Part shown: one piece after another, positions 36,801 through 48,488 of the stretch
Numbering within the stretch: the first letter of the stretch is position 1
Layout: the number at the start of each line of letters is the position of its first letter
NCBI GenBank assembly: GCA_905178155.1
Contig: CAJINV010000001.1
Location: 220,344-284,343 of the forward strand
Reading direction: 5' to 3'
Source: Amoebophrya sp. A120
Lineage: Eukaryota > Protista > Dinoflagellata
Length of the DNA: 64,000 nt
The notes under the pieces: generated by a model
The model's input: the letters and a program-made list of their open reading frames with translations, nothing else
The model's database searches: none
What the model was told of the DNA's origin: nothing
Made by a program: the position numbers and the translations under genes

Positions 36801-37623
36801 TCTGGAAAAGCCAAACTTGTGATGCTGCATCTGGATGCTAAGAAAACCTGTATTGTATGACCAGCAAGAGGATTCAAATTGTCATGCTGGATGCGCATAG
36901 ATAAGCGCTCAAAAAATCTGGGATGCTATGGCATACATCACAGACATCATGGATCATCATCATGGAAAATGTGCATGACAAAGTTGTGCTCTTCCAGACC
37001 CAGACATACTTGCATTTGATATGGTCTCGTCCGCATCTAAATCCGGGTCGTGCTCGCGCCGGGCGGAATTCTCCTGGTTCATCCGGTCCTTTTCCTTGGG
37101 GACAATTTCCACCTTCATCACGTACAGCCACCAAATCGCGGCGGAGTACAACAAACCAAGTAAAACCATCACGCCGACCGTGGTGGCGGCGTAGCCCGGC
37201 AACTTACCCACGGACCGACCCCACCCGAGTCCCGAAGGGGCGCTGCCGCCGTCGTTCTCCTGTGAGTTATTTTCAGAATATTGGGAAAGATAGAGGAAGA
37301 AACAGTGGAATATGGATATTCATTCGGTGTCGGTAAAATTCAAAGAATTAAAACCGTCCGTTTAAGGCGCGCCGGCCAAGATAATTAACTTTTTCTTGCA
37401 TATGGAAAAAGCGCCAATAAGAACAGACGAGGGCCATAACAAATCAATGTAATATTACCTGTGGAGTGCTTTTGTCGGTAACTCCCCCCGAACCCTGTGC
37501 GCCATTAGGTTCCTGGGGCGTGGACTTTTCCGAGGTCGGGGTCACAACATGCACTCTGGTCCCATAGGCAACACTCTGGGTGCCGAAAAGGGCGATAAAA
37601 CAGTGAATGAAGAAAGACCGCAT
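33824..37623 (-). CDS. vacuolar-type H+-translocating pyrophosphatase, K+-dependent type, with signal peptide
   Basis: RVGGGIYTKAADVGADLSGK, EDDPRNPACIADNVGDNVGD, DAAGNTTAAIGKG (Ala at the K+-determinant position), GDPLKDTSGP. GT-AG introns at 37260-37458, 35934-36223 and 35129-35356; TIR elements at 36778-37021 and 33918-34229. Confidence 0.97.
33918..34229. mobile_element. TIR intron element, group B
   Basis: DR gcttc/gcttc; removal restores the conserved PPase end NIFMK|LSAVTALTFAPF. Confidence 0.96.
36778..37021. mobile_element. TIR intron element, group A
   Basis: DR tggtc/tggtc; join DET|TLIQPEEDVDDYKK. Confidence 0.95.
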
Positions 37624-38658
37624 CTTGAATTCAAATGTTTTTGAACGAATTAGTAAAAAGAAAGGGATAATGTGAACTTGTTTCTTCGCTTCCGGTACGA
37701 CAAAGAAATTGCAGCGCGATTGGTTACTGTCGTCCGGAGCGCTTGGGGGTCAGAAAAAAAATAAAGCTATGCAGGGAGACAAAAAGACGTGCAAAAAAAG
37801 CGAAAATGGGGGACAGATTTCGCTGGTCGAATCGAAATTTGATTCAAGTTGCAACGAACCACAAGCCACACCTCCGGACGAGGAAGCGTTCGACGATCTA
37901 GCTCTAGCACGGTGAGCGAGTACGAGTAGCACAACAGCCATGTTGTATGCACGATTCGAAAACGATTTTTCCCCTCCAGGACGACAAAAACATTAAATCG
38001 AGTCCCCTTGCACGATTGTACTTAGTTTGATACGACGACTTTTGTTTTCACGTCACCGACCAGCACATTCATGCATTCATCCATTGTCCCACCGAAGTCA
38101 AGTACTAATAATGTTTGTGGGGTCTCCTGTCATGATGAACGATGATACCGAGACTTTTCTAGAGTGTCTAGGCAAAAGAACCGACTACAGCCAGCTTTTC
38201 TGTTCGTGTAATCCTGCTTTGTTCGAAAACAGAGGACCGACGTGTTTTGTTCGCGGCAAACCGATGAACTCAACAAATACAAATCGACTTCGACGCAAGA
38301 GTAGATTCTAGGAGTAAAGTACATACAACCGAACTTTGAATGTGAAGCTCACCGATACTCACTAGCTTCGCATGGCCAACACGAACGGGCTTGATATTTT
38401 TTCTTCGTGTTGCTATGCGTTCGCAAAGCCGCGTCCCTTTTGTCCGCTCCAATATAGCAGCAAAAAAATGCGTACCAAAGGTACGTGTTGAATGTACTTG
38501 ATTCCTCGATTGGTGTAAGAAGAAGTCGCGGTGGTGTTACTACAGAATTCTACTTGAGGGGGTGGGCCAGGGCCGGGGGCGGGACCCGTCGTCGCTAAGT
38601 GATGGTAACGCTATAAATTCACAGAAACTGCTCGCTTTTTAAGTACTTTCTTAGTCCT

Positions 38659-39891
38659 TCACTGTCCTTCCACAAACACTTCGCCTTCGTCGACCAGAGT
38701 CGGCAAGTGGACATCGCCCCCATTCGCGTGCAGGGTGTGAAACTGGAGCACTTGTTCCTCAACAGGTCTCCTCCGCAGTAGAGGCTCCGGCCTCCGAGGG
38801 CGCTTGGCGGCCGGCGTGTTGTTCTGGGACCTCGAAAATTGCGAGTCTTCGTCGTTGTAAAGAGGACCTCCTCCTCCCGCGGAAGATGATCCGCCGGGCC
38901 GCTTAAGGGAAGCGGAAGCTGCACCACTGTTCGACGACGCACGAAAATTACTATATGCGTGGTGCGGTTGCTGAGATGCAGCCCGGTTCGGCCCGATATT
39001 ACCACGGGGGCCGGGAGTGGAATGGTTCGAGTAGTACCCAGGCTTTGCGGCAGCCAGCGAGGCACCGCTGCCTCGACGGGAGTTGCAAGCGGACTGGGGC
39101 TGCGACGCGGCTACACCTACACCCCGACGTGGCTGGCTGTTCAGTCGCCGTGGATGTTGTAGGGCGGGGAAGGAGCCGCTGTGTTGGTTTATAGTTTGTT
39201 CAACATCATGCTGCGTACAACTTCTACCTCCAAAAGCAGCTGCAACTCCTGCCCCACGTTGAGGCCCTGATGTCCGCTGCTGGCCAGTCGCAAGACGACC
39301 ACCCCGCCGCTGATTTATCTCCTCTTGCTCCGCTAACTGAGCTGCTTGTTGCTTTTCATACAACAGCTGCGCCGTGGTCTTGCGGATTGACGGTGCGGGC
39401 GGGCCCGCGGGTGCTTCGCGCTCCGGCAGCGGATGATGTGCTTGATCATTGTGCTGGTTAGAAGTCGTCCCATTCGCCGAACCGGCTTCTGTTGCTGCAA
39501 TCATCGGGCCAGCATGTAGTTCTTGACTCGCGTGCTCACCGTCGCGCGCCGTCACGTGCACCGAACTTGCTCCCACTACTGGAGGCGCCTTCGCAAAAAG
39601 ACCAATGTTGTGGCTCTTCCCACTCGTCGTGCTACCCCACATCACTTTTCCGCTTCCGTCCGTATAATGATGCGAAGTTGCAGCGGGAGGTGCAGCCGTA
39701 GGACCCAAAGCCGGATGCTCAAACAAGGGACTATGGAATCGAGCGTCCGAACCGAGAGAGTCACCAGTACGGCCTGCAAGACTTCCCACACCACGGCTGC
39801 TGCGCGAGGAAAATGAAGTCATGAGTGACCACTGGTATCTAGTTCCACGAGAAAAAAGAAACCACGACCTCACCAGCCACAAAGAGCACAC
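38659..39891 (-). CDS. hypothetical low-complexity protein
   Basis: 410-aa ORF co-oriented with the other genes, rich in S/G/A/Q; no recognisable domain. Confidence 0.55.
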   Translation of the reverse strand: MCSLWLVRSWFLFSRGTRYQWSLMTSFSSRSSRGVGSLAGRTGDSLGSDARFHSPLFEHPALGPTAAPPAATSHHYTDGSGKVMWGSTTSGKSHNIGLFAKAPPVVGASSVHVTARDGEHASQELHAGPMIAATEAGSANGTTSNQHNDQAHHPLPEREAPAGPPAPSIRKTTAQLLYEKQQAAQLAEQEEINQRRGGRLATGQQRTSGPQRGAGVAAAFGGRSCTQHDVEQTINQHSGSFPALQHPRRLNSQPRRGVGVAASQPQSACNSRRGSGASLAAAKPGYYSNHSTPGPRGNIGPNRAASQQPHHAYSNFRASSNSGAASASLKRPGGSSSAGGGGPLYNDEDSQFSRSQNNTPAAKRPRRPEPLLRRRPVEEQVLQFHTLHANGGDVHLPTLVDEGEVFVEGQ

Positions 39892-40868
39892 ACATGATAA
39901 TATGCAGGTAAAGGTATAGGATTAGGAGCAGGCCTACAAAAAAACGGCTCGAATAGGTGGACACTTCCAGCAGTACATTAGCGGTTGTATTCAAATACTG
40001 CTCTATGGAAGTGCTAGTGCTTGGAGCACATTTTTTCGCTGCTGCCATAATCATTCATCTGGCGAGAAGACCAAAATTGTATTTGCCGGTGGCTGAGCCT
40101 GAAGATCATTTTTTTCAAAATCAACCATCAGGATCATTTGAAAAGTCGATCTACCCGTAGTCGTAGTTCAAATGATGGACCTCCAGCCTGTTTGCGATTT
40201 GAGTCAATACGGGTGCTGCTGCGTCGTTCTTTTCTGCGCGTGCGCGAGGAAACACGCCGACGGACCAGCTGAAGAAACAGAGATCCGATTGATCGATGAC
40301 ACGAACCTGTACAACATGCTCGGAAACATACACACATTAGATACACCTAAATTTTGCTCACACTTTCGCTATGAACCAAGCGCAAGCGGTATCTTGTATT
40401 CTCAGGGACTATTGGGCAAAAACGTCGGGGCTCAATTCCTGCTAATTTTATAGTTTCTCTGCTGCATCAGCAGATGAAGGGTACTTAATTGACCCGAGAC
40501 CCGAGGAAGAAATGCTGCAGTGTTCTCAACGCATTACGTTATAGTTCAACGAAAAGTTTTTGGTTTAGGTTAACGTAAATTCTTGCGCGCCAAAATTTTC
40601 TACAGACATTGACATTGTAGTATATAAGTAGGCCTATATTCTTATTGCGTCCTTCTTCACCTTGCACCCAACTTTCGTTTGCAACCGTCGGCCATCGCTT
40701 TAGCCGGACTTTGTTGAAGCTTGTTAATTGTTATGGAACTCAAAGAAAAGTTTGCATTTTTCCAATCGAAGAATTAAACGAAAACGATATCATATCTACA
40801 TCTACTATCATCATGAAATAATGCTTCAAACACCCTAAACCTGCGCAAACACCCTCAACCAGTTTTTC

Positions 40869-42140
40869 CTACAGGCCGCTTGCCGCGGGCTGAATCCCAG
40901 GGGTGTTCGGATAGTTCCCTCGTCCTGGCTGTTGGGCCATGGGCGATAGTGGCATTTGCACGACCGGAACTGGGACCCACATTACTTGGTGATTGGCATG
41001 TTGCCCTGCACCATGTGCTGCCTGCGGACTGGTCGGCCACACTCCAAATGGAGGAGGACTGTGGGCCGCGGCGCCGCCTCCCGCGAGCGCGATCGGTGAC
41101 CCAAATAAACTTCCGGCCGGGCTGCCGGGAGCTGCGTAGGGCGGCGGCGCAAGAAGGGAAGTAGACCCATTCCACGCATAGGACGAGCTGGGCGACGAAG
41201 TCGTGGGAGATCCTGTCGCGTGAATCGGAGATGAATGGTTGAGACCGAACCGATTGCCGTTCGCGACGTCCATCGCCGGACGGCCAGCAGCGTCGTCTGC
41301 AGAACCGGGAAGCGATAGGGATGAAGTCCGATGCTGCGGGCTGTTGTAACAATACTCCTTGCTAGGGGTCCTGGTTGCAGCTGTAGGCGTTCCGGAAGTT
41401 CCGCCCAAAGAAACGCTCGGCGAGACAGGACCACCTGACTGTTGCACAACACCGCCTGTTCCCGCCGTGGCAAATTGCATGTTCTGCTGCGCAGCTGCTT
41501 GATATGCGGACATCGCTGCAGCGGCGGTCATGATTCCACTTTGAAACCATTGCGCAGCAGTGGCTTGGTTTATCGCACTTCTTGCCGCCATCGAAGAGCC
41601 ATCAAGCACACAGCAATTCTGCCCGAAAAAACTAGTACCACACGGCAAAAGTCCGCTTCCGGTCACGTGATGTGCTGTTGAGCTGCTCGTTGGCCGAAGC
41701 AGAGCCACATTATCCCCACCGATTGACACCGCAGTGGCGACGCAATTGGATGCTGGCGACTGGATATCCAGTCCTCCTCGTCCTCCTCGGGAAAGAAGCG
41801 GCGTCGTGCGGTCTCCTCGGTCATCTCCATCCGCGTTTCGGATCTGCTGACTTCTCGTGGTCTCCTGCTGAGCTGCAGTCCACGACCTGGTTGCGACGCT
41901 AGCACTATCGGAAGCTCCACCAACGCTTGCTGCGCACGGACCTCCGCGCGAAACATGCAAATCACCGCCGGGCTGGTGCTCTGCTACCACGTAATCTGAA
42001 CCACCACCACCCGCTCTTGTTATGAATTCGTCTCTCGCTCCGCCTTGGCTCTTCAAAAGCGCCAACCGAGCGGATAGGCCCTGTGCCAGCTGCCCGTGGG
42101 ACTGCGGGCTGTGCCGCTCCGTGGTGGTGGAAAAATACAC
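40869..42140 (-). CDS. hypothetical low-complexity protein
   Basis: 423-aa ORF rich in S/G/A/P; no recognisable domain. Confidence 0.55.
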   Translation of the reverse strand: MYFSTTTERHSPQSHGQLAQGLSARLALLKSQGGARDEFITRAGGGGSDYVVAEHQPGGDLHVSRGGPCAASVGGASDSASVATRSWTAAQQETTRSQQIRNADGDDRGDRTTPLLSRGGRGGLDIQSPASNCVATAVSIGGDNVALLRPTSSSTAHHVTGSGLLPCGTSFFGQNCCVLDGSSMAARSAINQATAAQWFQSGIMTAAAAMSAYQAAAQQNMQFATAGTGGVVQQSGGPVSPSVSLGGTSGTPTAATRTPSKEYCYNSPQHRTSSLSLPGSADDAAGRPAMDVANGNRFGLNHSSPIHATGSPTTSSPSSSYAWNGSTSLLAPPPYAAPGSPAGSLFGSPIALAGGGAAAHSPPPFGVWPTSPQAAHGAGQHANHQVMWVPVPVVQMPLSPMAQQPGRGNYPNTPGIQPAASGL

Positions 42141-43175
42141 TTCCTCTGGGGTAGGGCAACCCTGGCGATAGTGTTAGTTATCTTCAAGTTCAAGAACTTC
42201 ATCTAGTTTATATTAGCTTTACAGCCAACACAACGACGAAGTTAAGTTCCTCACTTTGTTCTTTGGCATTTGATATTGAAGCTTCTGCATGAGAAATAAC
42301 TAAGTACGCAATCAGATCAACTTCAAGCTCAACTTCTTCAATCATTTACAATAAAAAGTACCGAAGGTATCATTGGCGTCGGCTCGGGCTCCTCTTCTAT
42401 CGAGTTCTGCCCCGTGGCTGTGCTGATTTCTCCGTGCTCCTCAGAAAGCGGCATGAATGCGGAACGGTCCTTATCCTCTATTCGCCAAACATGCGTGTTT
42501 GCATTGTTCGAAATATTGAAAAATCCTCAATAGATATTGATACGAAACGCCACCTATATGAACATACGCCGCGCCTCCAAATCCCCTCCCCACCTCAGCG
42601 CCTGCGCCAGCGAAGCTCACCATGCCCCTACTTCTTTCGCTGTATTCCCATTCTCTGGCACAACTACAAAAAGAGTAATCGACATCGGTTAGCTTCTGGC
42701 TCTTTCCCGCATCGCTGACATGGCCGCCAGGGCACAGCCATTCGCTGAGTTATCAGCTCCCTGCGCGTCTCTATCAAAGTCGGAAGACAGTCTCTGTCTA
42801 ATCCGGAAAATGAAAACAATCAACATCGGAAGGGTTCCAAAAATGAAACCAAGTAGCCATCTCTGGCCTGGTGACGTAACACAGAAAAACCCAAGCAACT
42901 GCCACGCACACCATCGCGCGCGGGCAGTCGGAATATGTCGTGGGGGGCCTACCCCTACGACACCCGGGCCACAACGAAGCGGGGCCCGAAGGCGAAACCG
43001 CGGCTCTGAGGTTAATTTGTTTTGGGGGAATTCGGATTCTGTTTGCGATTTTCAGCTGAGGGGCAACATGTTGCGAAAGTTTTATTTTGTGAAAAAGCGG
43101 GCTCAGAAAATTAAATTTCGCAGGTTGGGTGTTTTGACCCAACATGCACAGCAGCAGGACCGACAAATTGGATAA

Positions 43176-43390
43176 CATTGCAAGAAAAAAGTTGCACAGT
43201 TACACACTGCGTTGCAGGCCAAGCAAGACAGACAAGCTCTGGCATGCCGGATATACATAGGAGCCTCATTTCGTATGTGTTTTCCCGTAGGATTTCTGCA
43301 TTACAGGTTTTCTCTCATGCAAAGAAATTTGTGTTGCTGAACTGAATTCACTACAAGTGTGTAACTGTATAGCACTTTTTTCGTGGGATA
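43176..43390. mobile_element. TIR element, group F
   Basis: cattgcaagaaaaaagttg...gcacttttttcgtgggata; DR gataa/gataa; host frame unresolved. Confidence 0.8.
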
Positions 43391-44104
43391 GATAAGAGTG
43401 GCGACTCAATACTTATCGAGGAAATTTCAATAAACCGGCGAAATCCAAACACGCCGGTTTGGGTATATAGTCACTTCCTACTCCGTGCTCCTCAGAAAGC
43501 GGCATGAATGCGGAACGGTCCTTGTCCTCAGAAAGTTACTGGCGGCACGACGGGCCACAGACGACGCCCTGAGGTCCCATTAAGATCCTGGAAAGATCAC
43601 CCTCGACACTCCAGGGGGAGGGGTCGGAAAGATTCGGAGCGCCCGCCCCTCTGTAGCCTCTGCGACAACTTGCAGACGAACGGGAAGCATAGACCGCTCG
43701 TGTAACGCGCGTTACACGATGGCATGATAGATGTGAGAAAGGACCAGACGCCCCACGGGCGGTGCCGCAGGTGCTAGCTCGCTGGGAGTGACGAATGCCC
43801 ACACCCAACAAGGGCGAGCGAGTGGTCGCGCGGTTGTAAAAGCCCTGGCACGACGCGGAACAATCTGGGGCCCGGCAATGGACGGAATTGCATGCCCCCG
43901 TCCGCAGGGTCCATCCCGCTTCCATGGGCCAGAAATACCCGAGCCCGAGGGCAAGGCCAGGTCGGAAATGGTCCACCAAAAGACGGCGCACTAGCCCCAA
44001 AGCGAGTTTTTTTTTTGATTCAAAAACGAATCCGCTGAATTTGTTAAATCAAAGAAACAGCCCTGGTTTCAAGGGTAGAGAGGCCACTTCTGCAACCCCA
44101 AACA

Positions 44105-44470
44105 AAAGATCCGACCAAGGATCCGACCAAGGTTCAAAGTCTCCAATCACGGCGGTATGGCAAAAGCGTCAGAGGCGAGAAAAAAGTTCCTAAAAAGTTC
44201 CGTTCAAGATCCGATAAAGTTCCGATCAAGTTCCGATTAAGATCCTGTCCAGAGGACACTTTTTTTGCCGCTTCTCCTGGCCTCTCCCACGACTAGAATC
44301 GATGGATTTGGCGGCGCAAAAAAAGTGGCATCCGAGAGGACCTTGATCGGCATTTGATCGGAGCTTTTGAGAATGAAGGCGGCGGCCGTGAACTCCGGAA
44401 AGTGGCCCCATGCCCGACCGAATTCCACTGGAAAATGCTCCTGAATATCTTGATAGGATCTTTTCGGGAT
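44105..44470. repeat. about 12-bp period AAGWTCCGAYC-type repeats with inverted copies
   Basis: gatccgaccaaggatccgaccaagg; aagttccgatcaagttccgattaagatcc; inverse ccttgatcggcatttgatcgg. Confidence 0.6.
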
Positions 44471-44471
44471 C

Positions 44472-47189
44472 TCAGACGAGCTGAAGTAGCCCGGCGTTCC
44501 GTGAGTAAGAAAGCGGCATGAATGCGGAACGGTCCTTATCCTCATCTTCGTTATCTGGCAGATAAACCAATCGATCGGGGTGGCCCGCGCGGCCCGGTTG
44601 TAAATTCAGTGCAACTTCTCTTTTGTCTTCTTCCTTGAGAAGATCCACATCCATCTTGTCGTCGTCAGCCGCAGTAATGTCGTCGAGCGCCTCCTGCACT
44701 GGCCAAGGACCCCATAGGCCGGCGGCCCCTGGAAACGCGTTTCGCCCGTGGTCTTCGACGTGGAACGGAGTTTTATCCTGCTGCATTTTTCTGCCGTTTA
44801 TTTCGTGAGCGGGTAGTTGCTGAAGAAATCGATGTTTGCGCGGCGCGGTAGTCCAGGGACCGGCTGCTCCAACCGCACCTCTACTGCTCTGCGAGAATCC
44901 GGTTGCAGTACTACTGACTCCTGGCAGCTGCTCGACGTGGTCCTCTCCATCGTCATAATACTGAAAGGTGCAGAGCTCCTTCACATAGATGTGGATCGGA
45001 ACCGGCATCCCGTTAATCTGGCGCACATTCACCGCCTCAAACCCGGACCGCGTGTGCGAGCTGCGAATCAGTCCGAAGCGTACCGGGATGGGCACCGAGA
45101 GCGGAATGTGGGGGCGCCGGCACCTTAGCGTAGTTGCACGGACAAAGAAATACAATTTCGCATCTTGGTGACGAGAAAAGCATCTCTCTGTACACAAACG
45201 AATCATACTCATAGCGTGAATGACATATCAATAGCACAAACACAAATAGTCACCAGAGCTCAATTTGCTTTCCCTTTGTTTGTTTCGCTTTGCTTTCACT
45301 CACTGTCCAACCGAAATCAATCCTCAGCTCCCTGATGAGAAACCAGGAGCCGAGTATAGCAGTACTTTTTCCAACTCGTCCCATAGGATGAAGTACTAGT
45401 ACCTGGTGCTGAGCGAAGCTCCGGTGGAGGTCCAGCACGTGTTGGTGTCGTCCTGTGCCATATCAAATGTAAAAATGTCTGGGTCTGGAAGAATGCAAGA
45501 TTTGTGATGCAGGTTTTCCATGACCCATGAGGTCTGCAATGCGAGACCCAGCATGACAGATTCTTTGAGGTCTCCATCATGCCTTTCCTGCATGAGAAAC
45601 TCCCTCTCAACTTGGGCAAAAGCGGGCAGCTTTTGGCACTCACGCAACACAGATTTTTGCATCATTCGGATTTAGCATGACAAGTTCTAATCTTCCAGAC
45701 CCAGACATTTTTACATTTGATATGCCAAGTCGCTGATCTCCCGCGCGACGTAGGTGTGAATATTTTCACTAACCTATCCTGAGTAAAAATCCCCCCTCCC
45801 CATATCGAAAAGGTATGCTTCCGAAAATTTGCGTTGCTGATTTGAGGTCGCAAATCACATTTGTATTGCAAGAAGACAAGGGCAGAAGCTTCCGCCCCAC
45901 TATGGAAGCGATTTGTCATGCTGTTGGCCCTAAAAGTGACCCGCTTGCCATGCTGAACAACTAGACACGTACGCCCCTAACTAGCCTGGAGATCTGCCCG
46001 AAGTGCCTCTCTGCAATACAAAGCTGATCTGTGATGTACGCAAATCCAGCATCAGAGACTTCCTTTTGATGTGGGGAGGGGGGATTTTTCCTTTTGATAT
46101 AACCGCGTTGACATCGTCGTCCGGGTGGTACTTGATGCCTGGCAGGCCCTGCAGGGGAAGCAGGGTGTCGGGCGTAATGTACGCGAACCCGAGCAAGGAG
46201 CGGAGGGGAAGGACCTTTCCCAACTTGTGGCTGCTCGAATATGTCACGATTCGGCCCGTGAATTCACCGAGCTGGGAAAGGTCTTGCAGTTTCCAATTAA
46301 AATGATCCGTGGCAGCTTTGTTGTTGGACGTCGCGGAGGATCGCCCGCCGTGCAATCGCGGTCCAGCATGTTGATGCGGACGATCGTGATCCCTTGCCTG
46401 GGTCCAGCGCTCCTCGCGCTGTGCGGCCTTCCCCATCTGCCGCTGTCCGAAGACAACGCTACTATGAAAATCGACACCGCCGCTCGTGCGTCCGACTATG
46501 TGTCGGGCCTGTGGCGAGGATTCTTGACTCGTTTCGAAGTGGTCGCTCCTCGGTCTAGTGCGCGCCCACGATCCACCTTGCGTGCTTGTTCTGGCATGAG
46601 CCGCCCACTCGTTTTCGTTACGAACCACGTGCTGAGAGGATGTTGAAGTAGCGTGGCTAATTTGATGTTGTTGAAAAATAACGCCGTCTACTCCTTTGGT
46701 CGTGCCAGAAAGAGATTCTGGCTCATCTGCCGGGGCGACAACTTCTCGCGGGGAGGAAGAATTTTCTTCACGACCCTCTCGTGGTCGTCCAGGCGCTGTT
46801 CTACTTGCGGCAGAGGAAGTAGAAGAAGTTCTGTGCGAAAGATCATGCCGCGCTGGAGACGGACCACCATCCTCCACCTGTACATGCTCGTCGACCCCCC
46901 GCGCTTCGCTGTAATTCGAATGACCGGAGTCGGACCTCCGCGAAGCAGGCGTACCATTCATCTCCGTTGTCGACCCATCCCCTCGTCGTTCGGGTTCAAC
47001 ATCCTCAACATTCAATGTAGCCAGCGACGTCTGTATTCCAGAGCCGAAACAGATGAAACTCGAGACAAAAAGCTTCATGCCAACGCCAAGGCAAGATGAA
47101 CTCCTGCCCCCGCCGCATGAGGGTCTGGCAGAGGACCAAGACTGCCGCATAGTACAGTTTTCGCTTGATGCAGTTCTCAGCCGATGCAT
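44472..47189 (-). CDS. hypothetical protein with signal-like N-terminus and a split cold-shock/OB-fold-like domain
   Basis: FTGRIVTY...GFAYITPD...VRFGLIRS..GFEAVNVRQINGMP; joined across two TIR elements and a probable GT-AG intron (about 45125-45402). Confidence 0.55.
45461..45722. mobile_element. TIR intron element, group A (young copy)
   Basis: DR tgcca/tgcca. Confidence 0.95.
45775..46099. mobile_element. TIR intron element, group B
   Basis: DR taacc/taacc; can be read as GT-AG on the minus strand. Confidence 0.93.
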
Positions 47190-48488
47190 CGCTTCGATTT
47201 TACTTCGCTGGGATGATCAGGCTGTGGCTCGTTTCAGTTTATTCTTCTGTATCCTTTATACGCATCTACAGGGAGGTGTAGCGCAAGGAGGATCTTCCAC
47301 TACTAGAAGCTAGTGAACTGGTGCACCAAAATCTTTTTCGTACGGCTTGAAGATCATATCCAAAACTAATAATTTTTTGAAGAAACAAACCTATTCAAAA
47401 CACAAAAAGAAAAAGTTGTAAGGCCTTTCGCTATTCTACATGGGTCATATCATCGATCTAATAATTGTTGAAAATTTCACAAAAAATTCTGTCTCATATG
47501 ACGCACGGCGGTGGACCAAAAACTGCCGGGATGCAGAGAACCAATGGAGAACATTCACGCTGGGTTCGCCGAGGAGCGAATGCGGATTCAGAAACAAATC
47601 GAATCGCTTCGTTAGAATGAAGATCTCCGCCCGCACGCGACTTGTATCGACATCGTACGTTGCACCTGCATCTGTTTCGCTTTCGACGCACGGTGAATGC
47701 TTTTTTCAATCGTATCTTCACTACAGCAAGCAGTGAAAGTACAGCTAAAAAAAAGATCTTAAATTTTTTTGTTTTTGCTTCACGTTGCATTAAAGGAGGA
47801 TCACTGCTTTTGCAGCCTTCTGCAAAAGAACTAGCCAGAACACACACACACAAGCAGCTACTAGCTTTTGCAATACCGCAACAAGGGTGAAGTGGCGTTT
47901 AGACATTGACAAAATTCCTTTATTTAGTGATTCTGATGTTAAGTGACGCATAGATTTTTGTTTTTTCTTGTTGTACAGTGCTCGATGCATCGATATCTAG
48001 ACAGGCAGCAGATAAAATCGCAAACTACAGTAAACTACTGGAATGAATGACATTTGCTTACGTGTACGTCATATGTGATGTGCAAAACAAAACGTGGGCA
48101 CGACGTTTATTTCACAGTCCCATTCGCGGAAGATCGCCAAAAGCTATCAATCTAGCTATTCTCGAAGCCATCCCTCGGCGTCACAAAGCGGCTTTGCATC
48201 TTCTCTGTGCATCCCCGTAGATAAGGTGAAACCGGTCGCTTTTTGGCCGCCTTTAGACCCACTTGCTGCAGCAGCCTTGACCCGGTGGCGGTGCCGAGGT
48301 AGAGTTGTTGCAAGGCGGTACGCAACCGCCTGTCATTCTCCTCCGTCAAAAGATTCGGGTGTGAGAACTTCTTGTTCCCCGATAATTGTTCCAGGCCGCC
48401 TCGAAATAAAGCACCGAATGGTTTGATGCCGCACTGCTGCTGCTCATCGCAGCGAGAAAAGAGAGGCTGTGTTGACCTGTCTACACTG

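Larger units (their letters stand above)
42430..44543. repeat. three dispersed copies of a 36-49 bp sequence at about 1.05 kb spacing
   Basis: agaaagcggcatgaatgcggaacggtccttRtcctc within 42430-42478, 43481-43529 and 44508-44543. Confidence 0.9.

Noticed and set aside
34163-36860. Long plus-strand ORFs opposite the PPase and other genes
   Set aside because: Antisense shadows of GC3-rich coding sequence.
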